Shown: one piece after another, positions 13,001-25,000 of the stretch
Position numbering within the stretch: the first letter of the stretch is position 1
Layout of the letters: every line of letters starts with the position of its first letter
Source: Lama guanicoe
Lineage: Eukaryota
Direction of reading: 5' to 3'
Assembly: GCA_013239625.1 (NCBI GenBank)
Contig: MU053379.1
Coordinates: 1,108,974-1,172,973 of the forward strand
DNA: 64,000 nt
The notes under the pieces: generated by a model
Databases searched by the model: none
What the model was told of the DNA's origin: nothing
The model's input: only the letters and a program-made list of their open reading frames with translations
Position numbers and translations under genes: made by a program

Positions 13001-16000
13001 GGGGTCAGGGCTTAATCCAATGTAACTGGTGTTCTCATAAAAAGAGAAAACAGAGACACACCAGTGAGGACGCCATGTGGTGACTGAGGCCGCAGCTAGA
13101 CTGATGTGTCTGCAAAGCTGGGACACCAGGTGTCCCAGAAGCCAAGAGAAAGGATGAACAGATTGTCTTCCAGAGCTTCGGAGAGAGCGTGGCCCTGCTG
13201 GCACCTTGATTTCTGACTTCTGGCTTTAGCACTGTACGAGGATAAATCTCTGTGGTTTCGAGCCATCCTGTTTGTGGAGCGTCGATGAAGCAGCCTAAAT
13301 AGTCCCGCTCTGGCTTCAGCTGCCATGAACCCCGCCTGGGGAAGCTGGTGGTCAAGGTCATTAGGAAGTCCTGGGATGCACGAGGCCCTCCACTGTCCGA
13401 GACCAGTGCACTGCAGTGTGTACCGGGGGACGTGCAGAAATCCGGTCGGGGCCGTGGGGTCCCTGTTCTGCTTCAGGGTTGACGTGCCTTCCTCCAGCTT
13501 GTGGGAGGTCGGGGCGGTTATTCGCGAGGTGAGTGTCCTCAGCTGAGCCAGGGAGTGCATTGGGGGAGTGGGGGATCTCATAGTGCTCCATGAACCAAAC
13601 TGAGCACAGACGAGGTCCTGGGCCAAGACTCCATGGTTTACCAGACGGACCAGCGCGGCAGGGACTTGATGACAGTAGCTTTAGGGTGTCTGCCCCTTGA
13701 GTCACACTCGTCACTCTGTACTGGCCACCCATTGTGGCCCTGGGATCTCCCCTCGCTAGAGCCGCATGTGTTGGGCCTCTTGTTTCCTGCGCCCCATCTT
13801 TACCTTTTTGTAGGGTTACTCCTTTCTTTTCGTGAGGCACATTCTAGTGGCTCCCCGAGGAAAGCTGCCTGCGGAGTAAAGTATGGGACGTTGTGTGTCT
13901 GGAAAGGCCTTGAACAGAATCCCAAGCCAGTGGTGGGTAGAGCTGAGAGCCCACCCCACAGCGGTGCTGGAAGGAAGCCGGCAGTGGAGCAGTGCTTCCA
14001 AGTTATGAGGGAAGACGAGCTTGGTCCTGGACCTCTGTAACAGCCGCGTTAGCGAGGTGAGTCCTCTGTTGAGGACCCCCAGGGTCACATCCTTCAGATC
14101 TGGCCTCTTGGACTAGTCAGAGTCCTTGTAGAAGGATCTTCGGTCTCAGAACCCTTGTTGCCACCTGGGGAAGGGGGTCTCAGCCTTTAGCCTTTTGGGC
14201 GCTCAGACCTCAGCGCTCCGTGAGCTGCCCCACCCAGAGCCCAGTTCCACCTTCTAGAGCTGGGACCTCCAGACCCCGGTGGGGGGGCAGCCCCCCAGCA
14301 GCAGGTGGCGGGAGTGAGACTTGGGGATCTTCCTGCCCCGCACACAGCTTTTACCTGGTCCTTCTTTTGCTGCCTCGTTTATTCCCAGTTCCAGAGAAAT
14401 CTGGTGCTGCCACCTGGGCTTCAGGAGGGTTCTGCAGAGCAGATGGGGCTGGTTCTCACTTTACCCAAAGCCAGCTAGGGATTTTGGCTTTAAATCTGTT
14501 ATTTTTTGTCCATCTGCTTCCCAGTTACTCTTGTTTCTTCTGATCTTTTTGTTCTTGTGTGCCCGCCTTTTGTCTTTTTTTAAGCCTTCTATAGTTGTCA
14601 CGGGGTTTGGGGAGGGAGTAAAATTGGATGTTTATGTTTAACCCCCATTGTACCTGGAATTTCAGTGTCATTTTAATGCAGTTATACAGGGGAGCAGCTA
14701 TGAATGTGTTTGTTCAGTCCATTCTCTGTCTTGTTTTCTGGTCAATAAATAACTCTTAGTTTTCAGATACATGGAAATTTTTAAGGTATCTTTTAGTAAT
14801 TGATTTATCTTCTTGTCAAATTACAGTGCAGTCAGAGAAAATAGTCTTAATGTGATGTTGGTTCTTTGCTGTAGTAAGAAAATTATATGTTCTATTTTTA
14901 TTCTTCTCATGATCCTAATTTAAGATGAGTATTTATTTCTCTTTTTTTTTGAATGTTGTATGATCTTCCCCTGCAGACACAGAGGTACCTTTGCATGCAC
15001 TCATCCGTCTTTTGTCTTTTGTGTTGCTTATTTAGGTAACAGTGAGTCTCAGTAAATTGTTTATTCAGTCTTACTTCCCATTCTTCCTAGATTAAATTCT
15101 TGCTAAAGTGCTTCCTCTAAGAGTTCTTTAAAGTATGGGCTTTCTGAGGTTAATTTGAAAAACCTGTAGCCTAAGAAGGTCTTTCACTCTTGCAGTAAAA
15201 TGATAGCATAGCTGGATATAAAATTGTAGTTTTGCTTTTTCTTAACATTGTAAAATTATCACTCCATTATTGTCTTGCATATAGTGTTGTTCCTGAGAGC
15301 CTCAGTGTCAATCTTATTCTTGTTTCTTTGTTGATTGGTGGCCTCCTTTTTTAGTCTCCCATGTCCCAGAAGCTTTCAGAGTTTTCTTTTTGTTTTTGAT
15401 CTTTATTTATATTCATGCATTTTAAGTGGGTTTTTTTTTTCTCATTTATCTTGCTTGACAGCTCCTCTCAGTTACAGGTGTCAGACATATTTCTGGATTT
15501 ATCCTGCGTGTTCTGTGAACTGCTTGGATCTGTGGTTTTGGTTTGGTGCCTGACTAACTTGGGGAAATTCTCAGTCATTATTACTTCACGTGTTTCTCCT
15601 GTCCTTTCTCTCTCCTTCTGGTATTCCCATTGTGCATACATTTCCCCTTTTGCAGTTGTACCACAGTTGTTGAAATTCTGTTCTGTTCTGGGTTTTTTTG
15701 GCCCTTTTTCTCTTTGCTTTTCAGTTTTGGCAGCTTCTCTTGACACGTCCTTGAGCTGAGGGAGCCTTTCCTCAGCTGTGTCTAGGCTCCTGATGAGCCC
15801 ATCAGAGCCATTCATTTCTGCTACAGTGTTTTTGATTTCTAGCAATCCTTTTTTATTCTTTCTTAGAATTTCCATCTCTCTGCATAAATCACCCATCTGT
15901 TCTTGCATGTTGTCTCCTTTCCATTAGAGCTCTTAACATAGTAATCATGGTTATTCCCAGCTTAATAACTCCAACATCTCTGCCTTATCTGAGTGTGGGT

Positions 16001-19000
16001 CTGATGCTTGCTGGCTCTTCAAACTGTGTTTTCTGCCTTTTAGCTCGCTTTGTGATTTGTTGTTGAAAGCCAAATACAAGGTCCTGGGTAAAAAGACTGT
16101 GGGAGATAGGCCGTAAGCGATGTGGCGGTGAGGCTGGGGGAGGTTCTAAAGCCCTGGTGTCAGTCTCCAGCCTCGAAGTGAGCTGTGCTCTTGGGCTGTG
16201 GCTTCACCACGAAGTCTCTGTTTCCCCTCCCTGCTTAGGTAGGACAGGGTGGCTTGGGTATCCCCTTCCCAGGTTCCCAGAGCAGGTTAGGCTCTGATCA
16301 GTCCACAGTGGGTCAGGCTGTGGCAAAATAGTTTCTCCTGAGGGCAGCCCTGTTAAGCAGCTCAGACACTTGCCCCTCCTCCCACGGAAGCAGGACGGGA
16401 GTTTTTCATCTTCGGGGTGAGGACTGTGGTGGAGCTCCTGGAGGGGACACCCACACAGATGGGGCCTCCCTGGAGTTCGTTCTCAGACTTGTCCACGCCG
16501 AGCCTCCAGCTCCACATCAGTTTTAGTTGAGGTTTTCCTACCCCAGCACTGCTTCCTGAGGCTTCTTGCTCCTTTGGGCTGTGAGCCTGTGTACCCGCCT
16601 GTCTGTCTCCAGGCTAGGGGATGGGTTGCCCTGTCACCTTGCTTCTCTGCTGGATCTGAGAAGAGCTGCTAATTTTTAGTTTGTCGTCGGGATGAAGTGA
16701 TGACTTCTAAGCTGCTTACGTGGAAACCAGAAGTCCTTTGATACATCTTTAAAGTTGGGAAATTCCTCATAACTGCTTCTTTACATGCATTCCTCCTGCA
16801 TTGTTTCCCCTCCCCTTCTGGACTCCTAATATGGATGTTGATACCATTTGTTTCTTTCTCTCTTCTTTTGTTTTTTTGAAGTGACCTATTCTTAACATCA
16901 TTTGTTCAGTGCTTTACAAGCAGACCTCGGAGATATTGTGGGCTGGGGTCCAGACCACCACAGTAAAACAAATACAGTAAAGCAACTCATGTGAATGTTT
17001 TGGTTTCTCGGTGCATGTAAAGTTCTGTTTATACTATACTGTAGTCGATTAAGTGTGTAATAGTATTGTCTGAAAAAGCAAACAATGTGCATACCTTAAT
17101 TTAAAAATTCTTTATTGCTAAAAATGCTAACCATCATCTGAGCCTTCAGGGAGTTGTCATCATTCTGCTGGTGGAAGGTCTTGCCTTGGTGGTGACGGCT
17201 GCTGAAAGTTGGGGTGGCTGTGGCAGTCTGTTAGAGTAAGACAGCAGTGCAGTTTGCCGCATCGATGGACTCTTCCTTTCACAAACCATTTCTCTGTAGC
17301 AGGCAGTGCTGTTTGACAGCATTTTACCCACAGTAGAACTTCTTTCAGGATTGGAATCAGTCCTCTCAAACCCTGCTGCCGCTTTATCTACTACATTTGT
17401 ACAATATTCTCGGTCCTTTGTTGTCATTTCAACAACATTCACAGTGTCTTCACGAGGAGTAGTTTCCATCTCAAGCAACCACTTTCTTTGCTCGTCCAGA
17501 AGAAGCACCTTTTCCTCCGTTAAAGTTTTATCATGAGATTGTAGCAATTCAGTCACATCTTCAGGCTCCATGTCTGATTCTGGTTCTCTTGCTGTTTCCA
17601 CCACATCTGCAGGGACTTCCTTCACTGAGATCGTGAAACCCTCAAAGTCATCCGTGAGGGTTGGAGTCAGCTTCTTCCAGACACCTGCTCATGTTGGTAT
17701 TTTGCCCTCTTCCCATGAATCATGAATGTTCTTACTGGCATCTAGAATGCTGACTCCCTTCCAGAAGGTTTTCAGTTTACTTTGCCCAGATCCATCAGAG
17801 GAATCACTGTCTATAGCAACTACGGCCTCACAAAATCTGTAATAAGATTTTAAATAATCTAAATAATAATTTAAAGTTGAAATGACTCCTTGGCCCAGGG
17901 GCTGTAGAGCTGATGCTGTGCTAGCCGCATGGAAACAGCACACACCTCCTTGTCCATCTCCATCAGAGCTCCTGGGTGAGCAGGTGCACTGTCAGTGAGC
18001 AGTAATATTTTGAAAGGAATCTTTTTCTGAGCAGTAGGTCTCAACAGTGGGCTTTAAATACTTAGTAACATGTTGAAAACAGATGTGCTGTCATCCAGGC
18101 TTTGTTGCTCCATCTAGAGAGCGCAGGCACAGTGGGTGAGCGTCACTCTTAAGGGCCCTGGGGTTTCGAGAATGACAAATGAGCACTGGCTTCAACTTTA
18201 AGTCACCGTCTGCATCAGCCCCTAACAAGAGAGTCAGCATGTCCTTTGCAGCTCTGAAGGCACTGACTTCTCCTCTCCAGCTATGAAAGTCCTGGATGGC
18301 ATCTTCTTCCAACAGAAGGCTGTTTCGTCTGCACTGACAGTCTTGTTCAGTGTAGCCGCCTTCATTCATCATCTTAAGCAGATCTTCTGGAGAACGTGCT
18401 GCAGCTTCTGCATCAGCATTTCTGCTTCACTTTGTGCGCTGATGTCAAGGAGACGGCTTCTTTCCTTAAACCTCTTGAACCACCTTTGCTGGCCTCACAT
18501 TTTTCTTCTGCAGCTTCCTCACCTCTCTCAGCCTTCATGTTACTGAAGAAATTTATGGTCTGGCTCTGGATGAGGCTTTGGCTTAAGAGATTGTGGTGGC
18601 TGGTGTGATCTGTCCAGACCACTCGGACTTTCTCCATGTCAGCCACAAGCCTGTTTTGCTTTCTTATCATTTGTGTGTTCAGTGGAGCAGCACTTTTTTC
18701 AAGAACTTTTCCTTTGCCTTCACAACTTGACTGTTTGGCAGTCAAGTCTTGGCTTTCGACATGCCTTCCTCATAGGCTTAATCGTGTTGAGGTTTTGATT
18801 GAAAGTGAGAGACATGAGACTCTTCCTTTCACTCAACCACTTAGAGTCCACTGTAGGGTTATTAAGGCCCAATTCCACTGTTGTTGTGTCTCAGGGAACA
18901 GGGAGGCTGGATTACAGGGAGAGAGACGGGAACAGCCAGTCTCTGGATCAGTCAGAACATACACAGCATGTATCCATTAAGTTCGTTGTCTTATAAGTGT

Positions 19001-22000
19001 GCAGTTCATGGCGCCCCAAACAATTACAGTAGTAACATCAAAGACCTCTGATCACATAACAAATATAATACTGAAAAAGTCTGAAATATTGCTAGAATTA
19101 CCAAAATGTTACACAGAGACACAGAGTAAGCGATCACTTTTAGAAAAATGTCACCAACAGACTTGAAGAAAATGAGGCATGCGTGTATTTCAGAGCTTGC
19201 TCAGAGCTTGCATGTTTAGTATCTGGGAGCGAGTAGGAGATGACTCGTAACTGCTCGTTCCTGCTTCTGGATGCCGTCATTCTTGGTGCCTATTTATTAT
19301 GCTTTTTGGGTTGTTGGTTTTTTGTTTTTTGTTTTTTTGGTAACAGCTTTATTGAGGTACAATTCACATAACAGACAATTCAGCCATTCAGAGTGTACAC
19401 TTCAGTAGTTTCTAGTCTGTTGACAGCGGTATAACCAGCATAATCAGTTTTAGAACATTTTCCTCACCCTAAAAAGAAACTCTGCCCTTCGCTGCAGTTC
19501 AGCCCTCTGTCTGCACCCCCATAGGTATACTTTCTCTGTCCTTTGGCCTCTTCTGGACATTTCACATACATGGATTCGCATGAGGTATGGTCTTTTCTGA
19601 TGCCTTCTTTCACTTGGCGTAATGTTCTCAAGGTTCATCCACGTTGTAGCGTATGCTAGTAACGATTTATTCCTTTTTGTGGCCGAGTAACATTCCATTG
19701 TATGGATATGCCACATTTTGTCGATCCATGCAGCAGTTGACGGGCATTTGGGTTGTTTCCACCTTTTGGCTGTTACGAATAATGCTGCTGTGGTTACTTG
19801 TGTGAGAGTTTTTGTGTGGACGTACGTTTTCACTTCTCTTGCATGTGTACCCAGGAGTGGAATTGCCTGGTCAAATGACAATGTTGTGTTTAACTTGTTG
19901 GAGAACTGCCAGGCTGGCTTGACTGGCAGTGACACGCCATTTGATACTCCCCCAGCAGTGTGTGAAGACTCTGGTTCCTTCGCGCATCCCCAGCTCTCGC
20001 GTGTCATCTTCTGTCTTTGGCTTCTAGCCGGCCTGGTGGGCGGCAAGTGCTGTCTCATTGTAGCTCTGGTTTGCATTTCCCGGATGACTGCTTGGTGTGC
20101 TTTTTGAAATCCTTGTCTGTCGAGTTAGTTAATTCTGCCTTTTTCCAGTATGGTTTGTTTAGTTTACCCTTCTTTTGTTGTCTTGTGATCCGTATTCACG
20201 TCTTGAGTCTTTTCCCTGTCAACTCATTTCCCCTTTGTCTCACCCCTTTTGCCGCCCTTGCTGGTCAGGCACACCTGGAGGGAGGGCAGGAGCCTGGCTC
20301 CTGGCTTGTCCTCTCTGGACAAGTTTTGCAAAAGGGGAAACTCAGGGCTCAGCCATTCCCATCGTCACCTTTCTCTAGAATCCGCACCCTCACCTCAGGG
20401 AACCTCCCGGGGTGTCTGGCCTGGAGCTCCTTGGTACCTCCCTCTGCTGTTACTGCCTGCGGTCGTGGGGAGCTGGGGCTGGCTGACTGGGGTACCCACC
20501 TCAGGAAGTTTCTCTGCTGCTCTGGCTGATGCTTGCTGGGGAAGGTGGCCGAGGTCTAGCAGAGCAGAGCTTGGGAGGGGGAGTGGCCTGACCCCCGGGC
20601 CTGTCCCCAGCTTTGGGCAGAGCCTTTCTCCGCCCTGGCTGCCCTCACGGGTACCAGCCCCCATCCATCCCCCGGGGGTTCTCATAGCCCTTCTGTCCCA
20701 TCTTCCTTTCACTTTTGAGGCATCTGTCAGGTGAGGTTTGAGGTAGGGACCCAGCAGCCCACGTGGTGCTCCATTTTGTTTAGAACTAGGAGTTTGAAGA
20801 AACTCACTTAACAAATTTCCAAACTTATTTGACTTTGAGACACTTTTCCCCCACCACTTTGTCATTCAACCAGTGGAAGTTGAATACTTCACATGTGCCA
20901 AGCACCAGTCTAGCAGGGGGTGTGCAGTGAATTCAGACAGAGGAGGTGAGCAGGGAGATGATAGTACTGACCAGCCTACCCGCAGGAGCACCTCCCACAA
21001 GGTGAGCGCTGTGCTGAGCGCAGAAGTAGACGCCACTTTCTGTGGAGGTGACGCTCTAACCATGTCCTGATCCGCAGGCAGGAGCCGGGCTGAGGTGGGA
21101 GTTGTTCAGCGTGTGGCACTGGATCATTTGATGGCAGAGGAGGGGGTGGTGGGAGATACGCCTTGAAGAGAACCCGGCCTGGTCCTGCGGGTCACAGGAA
21201 ACAAGTTTGAGTTGTAGTCTTCTTTTTCCCCCTGATTTTTATCCTATCTTTTAAAAAATTATTTGTGGGGCTTTTTGTTTTTGTTTTGGGGAGTAATTAG
21301 GCTTATTTATTTATTTATCTTAATGGAGGTACTGGGGATTGAACCAAGGACCCTCTGTATGCCAAGCATGCACTGTACCACTGAGCTATACCCTCCCCTA
21401 CCTTTTTTTTTAAACTCTGTTTGTTTGGTTTTTTTGAGGGGGTAGGTAATTAGGCTTATTTATTATCATTTTTAATGGAGGCACTGGGGATTGAACCCAG
21501 GACCCTGTGCCTACAAAGCATACACTCTACTGCGGAGCTAAACCCTCCTTTGCCTTGAGTTGTGTTCTAAACGTACAGCAGGAGGCCACGTGGGAGTTTT
21601 AGTCGAAGGATGTGAATTTATTCGTTTTTAAAGAAGAATCTGACTCTGGAGGTGGCTAGCGTGGGGTGAGCGTGGTGGCAGGGAGACCACTAGGAGCAGG
21701 GGCAGTGGTCGCGGCAGACGCCGAGGGCGCCCTTGGCTGCGTGAAGCAGGGGAGCTGGCAGGAAGGTGGGGACCGTGTGGCAGCGACGGGGCTTCGCAGG
21801 CTCACCCCGGCACATTAACCAGAGGCTGTTTCCTGGGCTCGGTGGCTGGTGTTCTGGTTCTCTTGCTGCGTTACAAGCCACCCCACAACTTAGTGGCTGA
21901 AGACAGTAACTATTTCCTATTTCTTCTGAGTCTGAGGGTTCACCGGGCTCACCTGGGTGATTCTCCCACTTGTGCTAAATGAAGGCGGCTGCAGCCTTGT

Positions 22001-25000
22001 GACTGCACTCTGCTGGGGCTGGGTCCAGGCTGGAACGACCAGGGTGGCCTCTCTTCCTCCGGAGCCTGTCTCCGTGTGGCCTCTCGTCACTCAGTGGTCC
22101 AGCCTGGACACCGTGGCCGCTGGGCTCAAAGGGGAGAAAGTGGAAGCCGCCAGTTCTCTTAAGGCCTGGGCTCCGAGGCCCAGGATGTTAACTTCCGCCA
22201 CTTTCTGATTGGGCAAGCCTGTCCCGGGCCCACCCGGGGAGGGGAGGTGGCTCTGCCTTTTGATGAGAGGAGATACATGTACCTTCAGGCATGGGAGGAA
22301 GTGTTGGGCCCGTTTGGAAACTATACCACAACTTTGAATTTCAGTTTGAAACTTAAAGTCTGGAAAGAATTTCAGGGCTGGCCTTTGAAAGTGTTGGTGT
22401 CCAGTTTGGGAAAGTAATCAGAGCAAATCGTTAAAGAAGAAATTCTTGCTCTCCTTCCAGCTAAGTTATTTTCTAGGCTGAGAGCAAACTGTACAAAAAC
22501 ACCTTAGGTTTCTAAACTTCATCCAGCCCTTGGCAAACCACTTTGTAGATGTGCCTTTTAATCTCCCATCTGAGCTCTTTGCTATAAAACCCTAATTGTC
22601 CGTGTTCTGTTACAACATGACTGAGGGCCCTGGAGCAGCTCTGGAGAGCAGGCGTCTCCGCCCGTTCTGCTGGGCCCTCATGAGGAGCAGAGGCCACATC
22701 CTCCATGGCGCTCCAGGCAGGCTCTCCCCCATCGTGACTTGTTTTAGGGCCAGTCATCTCCCTCGGTCCTGCTAGTGTCTGATTTACTCAGTAGAGACAT
22801 ATTTTAATGAACCCACACATGAGCACAGCAGTAATGCTTCTGTGACAACAGAGATGGCTCCCAAAACGTGAGCCGTGTGTGTCTTACCTGCTTAATGCTC
22901 GTGCGGGTTAATATTTGATGAATGGATTCAAGGTGTGACATGGACAAAATGAAAACTGGAGAAGCTGTAAATCCAATCAGTTCTGCATTTCACTCATTTA
23001 AATGTCTTTTAAATTTTTTACATAACTTTAAAATCTTAAAAATTAATTTTGATTTTTAAACGATTACAACCAGGGTTATTTTTTTATTTCCAGTTTTATC
23101 CAAAGGTGCCTACGAAGTCTGTACTGAAACTCGAGCTTTCCAAATAAGTAACGTAGAAAGACCTACTTTCTGACACATAAAAATGTCATTATACTGCTTA
23201 TCTGTAGAAGTTAAACCAATCTGTTGAGTAGTTTTATTTTAATGTAACTCGTGTGTCTTTCTCACAGACTGCCTTGCCGTCCAGGAAAGGGTTTCGGCAC
23301 CAGACCACCAAGTTTTTGTACCGTTTGGTGGGATCGGAAGACATGGCTGTGGACCAGAGTATTGTCAGCCCGTACACCTCTCGGATCCTGAAACCTTACA
23401 TCAGGTGTACAGAGAGGCGCAGTCACGTTGCGTGTCATGGGGGTAACGTTTGTGGTTTTCGAGCCCTGTTCCCCTATGGGAGTGAATAAAGACCAAAACC
23501 TGTGAGCTGGCATTGGCAAGGACCGATCTGTGCTCCATGTCCGGTCTCATCCTTGGCTGGTTTCAACTGTACTTTTTTGCACAAAGGATGATCCTTTGAA
23601 AGAAACAAGAAAGATAAGATTAAGTTAACTCTGTCCATTGTGATTATCATATTCATTGTTTTGCTTTAAATTTTAAAGCTGTATATATTTAGCAGTTTGT
23701 GAAATGAAGAAATGGGAGCCATGTCTCAGTTGGGCCTGTGTCCAGGCTAATGATGAGTGTCCTTGTGTGGGCAGTGCCGTGGCAGCTGAGCTGGCCAGAG
23801 AGGCCCCAGCTCTGGGCTGCATGCGGCTGACTGACAGTTGTCTCTGCAGCCCCAAGTCATGTGATCCTCCTTGCCCCGCACTGCCCTTCCCTGAAGACAC
23901 GTGTGAGCGGGCCCCACTCCCTTCGTCCCCATAGCTGCTGGACCTTCGTCCCCGGGCTCTGTCCTGGGTCTGAGCACTCAAAGCGTTGAATTAGGATGCT
24001 GTTTCTGTCTCCCTACTCTGTTCTTAAGGCTCACCAGCACTAGTAGAGTTCCTGGAAGGTACAGAGGGAGTTAGTCTGACAAATATTAATAGAGTGAATT
24101 TTAAATTTCATACCAGAGAAGTATTGTAGCTGTTAAGCTGGCTACCATAAAAGTAGCACAAATTGATTTAAAATTTCAAGCAGCTCACAGAGTTTGTGTG
24201 AATCAAATGGCTAGGAACAATAGGTATTTTTCTTGACTTCGGTTTGTTTACTTTCTGGGTTCTGGAGGCGTGATTATGAGACAAAGCCGCCCAAACTGCA
24301 GCTGCTGTCACAGATTCGTTCCCACCTGCACAGGGACGACCCTCACTGGACGCCGGAGCCCGACGCGCCTCTTGATTACTGCTATGTCCGACCGAACCAC
24401 ATCCCAACGATAAACTCCATGTGTCAGGAGTTCTTCTGGCCTGGTATGTTCTCTCCTCTCCAACTAGGCAAGTCCATTTTCTGTACAGTTCACTTCTGCA
24501 GGTTTTAAAATCAGACTATGTCTTGTGACCCCAGAACCTTTACTCATGTGATTTCATTCCGTTTGTCTCTACTGACACCAAAATATTACAATATAAGCAC
24601 CGTTTTTTCTTAAGATCAAGAAGCAGCCAGCAGTTAATACACAGTGTTTTTGTTTGTTTCTCTTCCCTGTTTGTCCCCACTTCCAGAATAAACAGTTCAC
24701 CCTGTTTTGCTTCTGTATATGTTTAGATACCAGGTTATGTCCATCAGCAGCACACAGGCTGGCAGCTTGGGCATGTTTGGACACTTTTGATTTTTGTTCA
24801 ATTATTTCTGTATGTTTTGTTAATTTAGCTGTTCCTTAGAGAGTGTTAGTACAGCCAAAAGTTGTTTTTAAAAAGCCAAATACCCCAACCACAGACTTTG
24901 AAAATAAGAACCACCCAATGTGGTTCGTCAGTTTATCAGCCTTAACATTTTATCTGAAGATCAGAGCCACCAGTTAAAGGAACACATTTTCCTTGCTAAT

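Noticed and set aside
17146..18745. Domesticated TIGD1-like gene
   Set aside because: The transposase is split by stops and frameshifts and sits within TIRs; it is an ordinary dead Tigger1.
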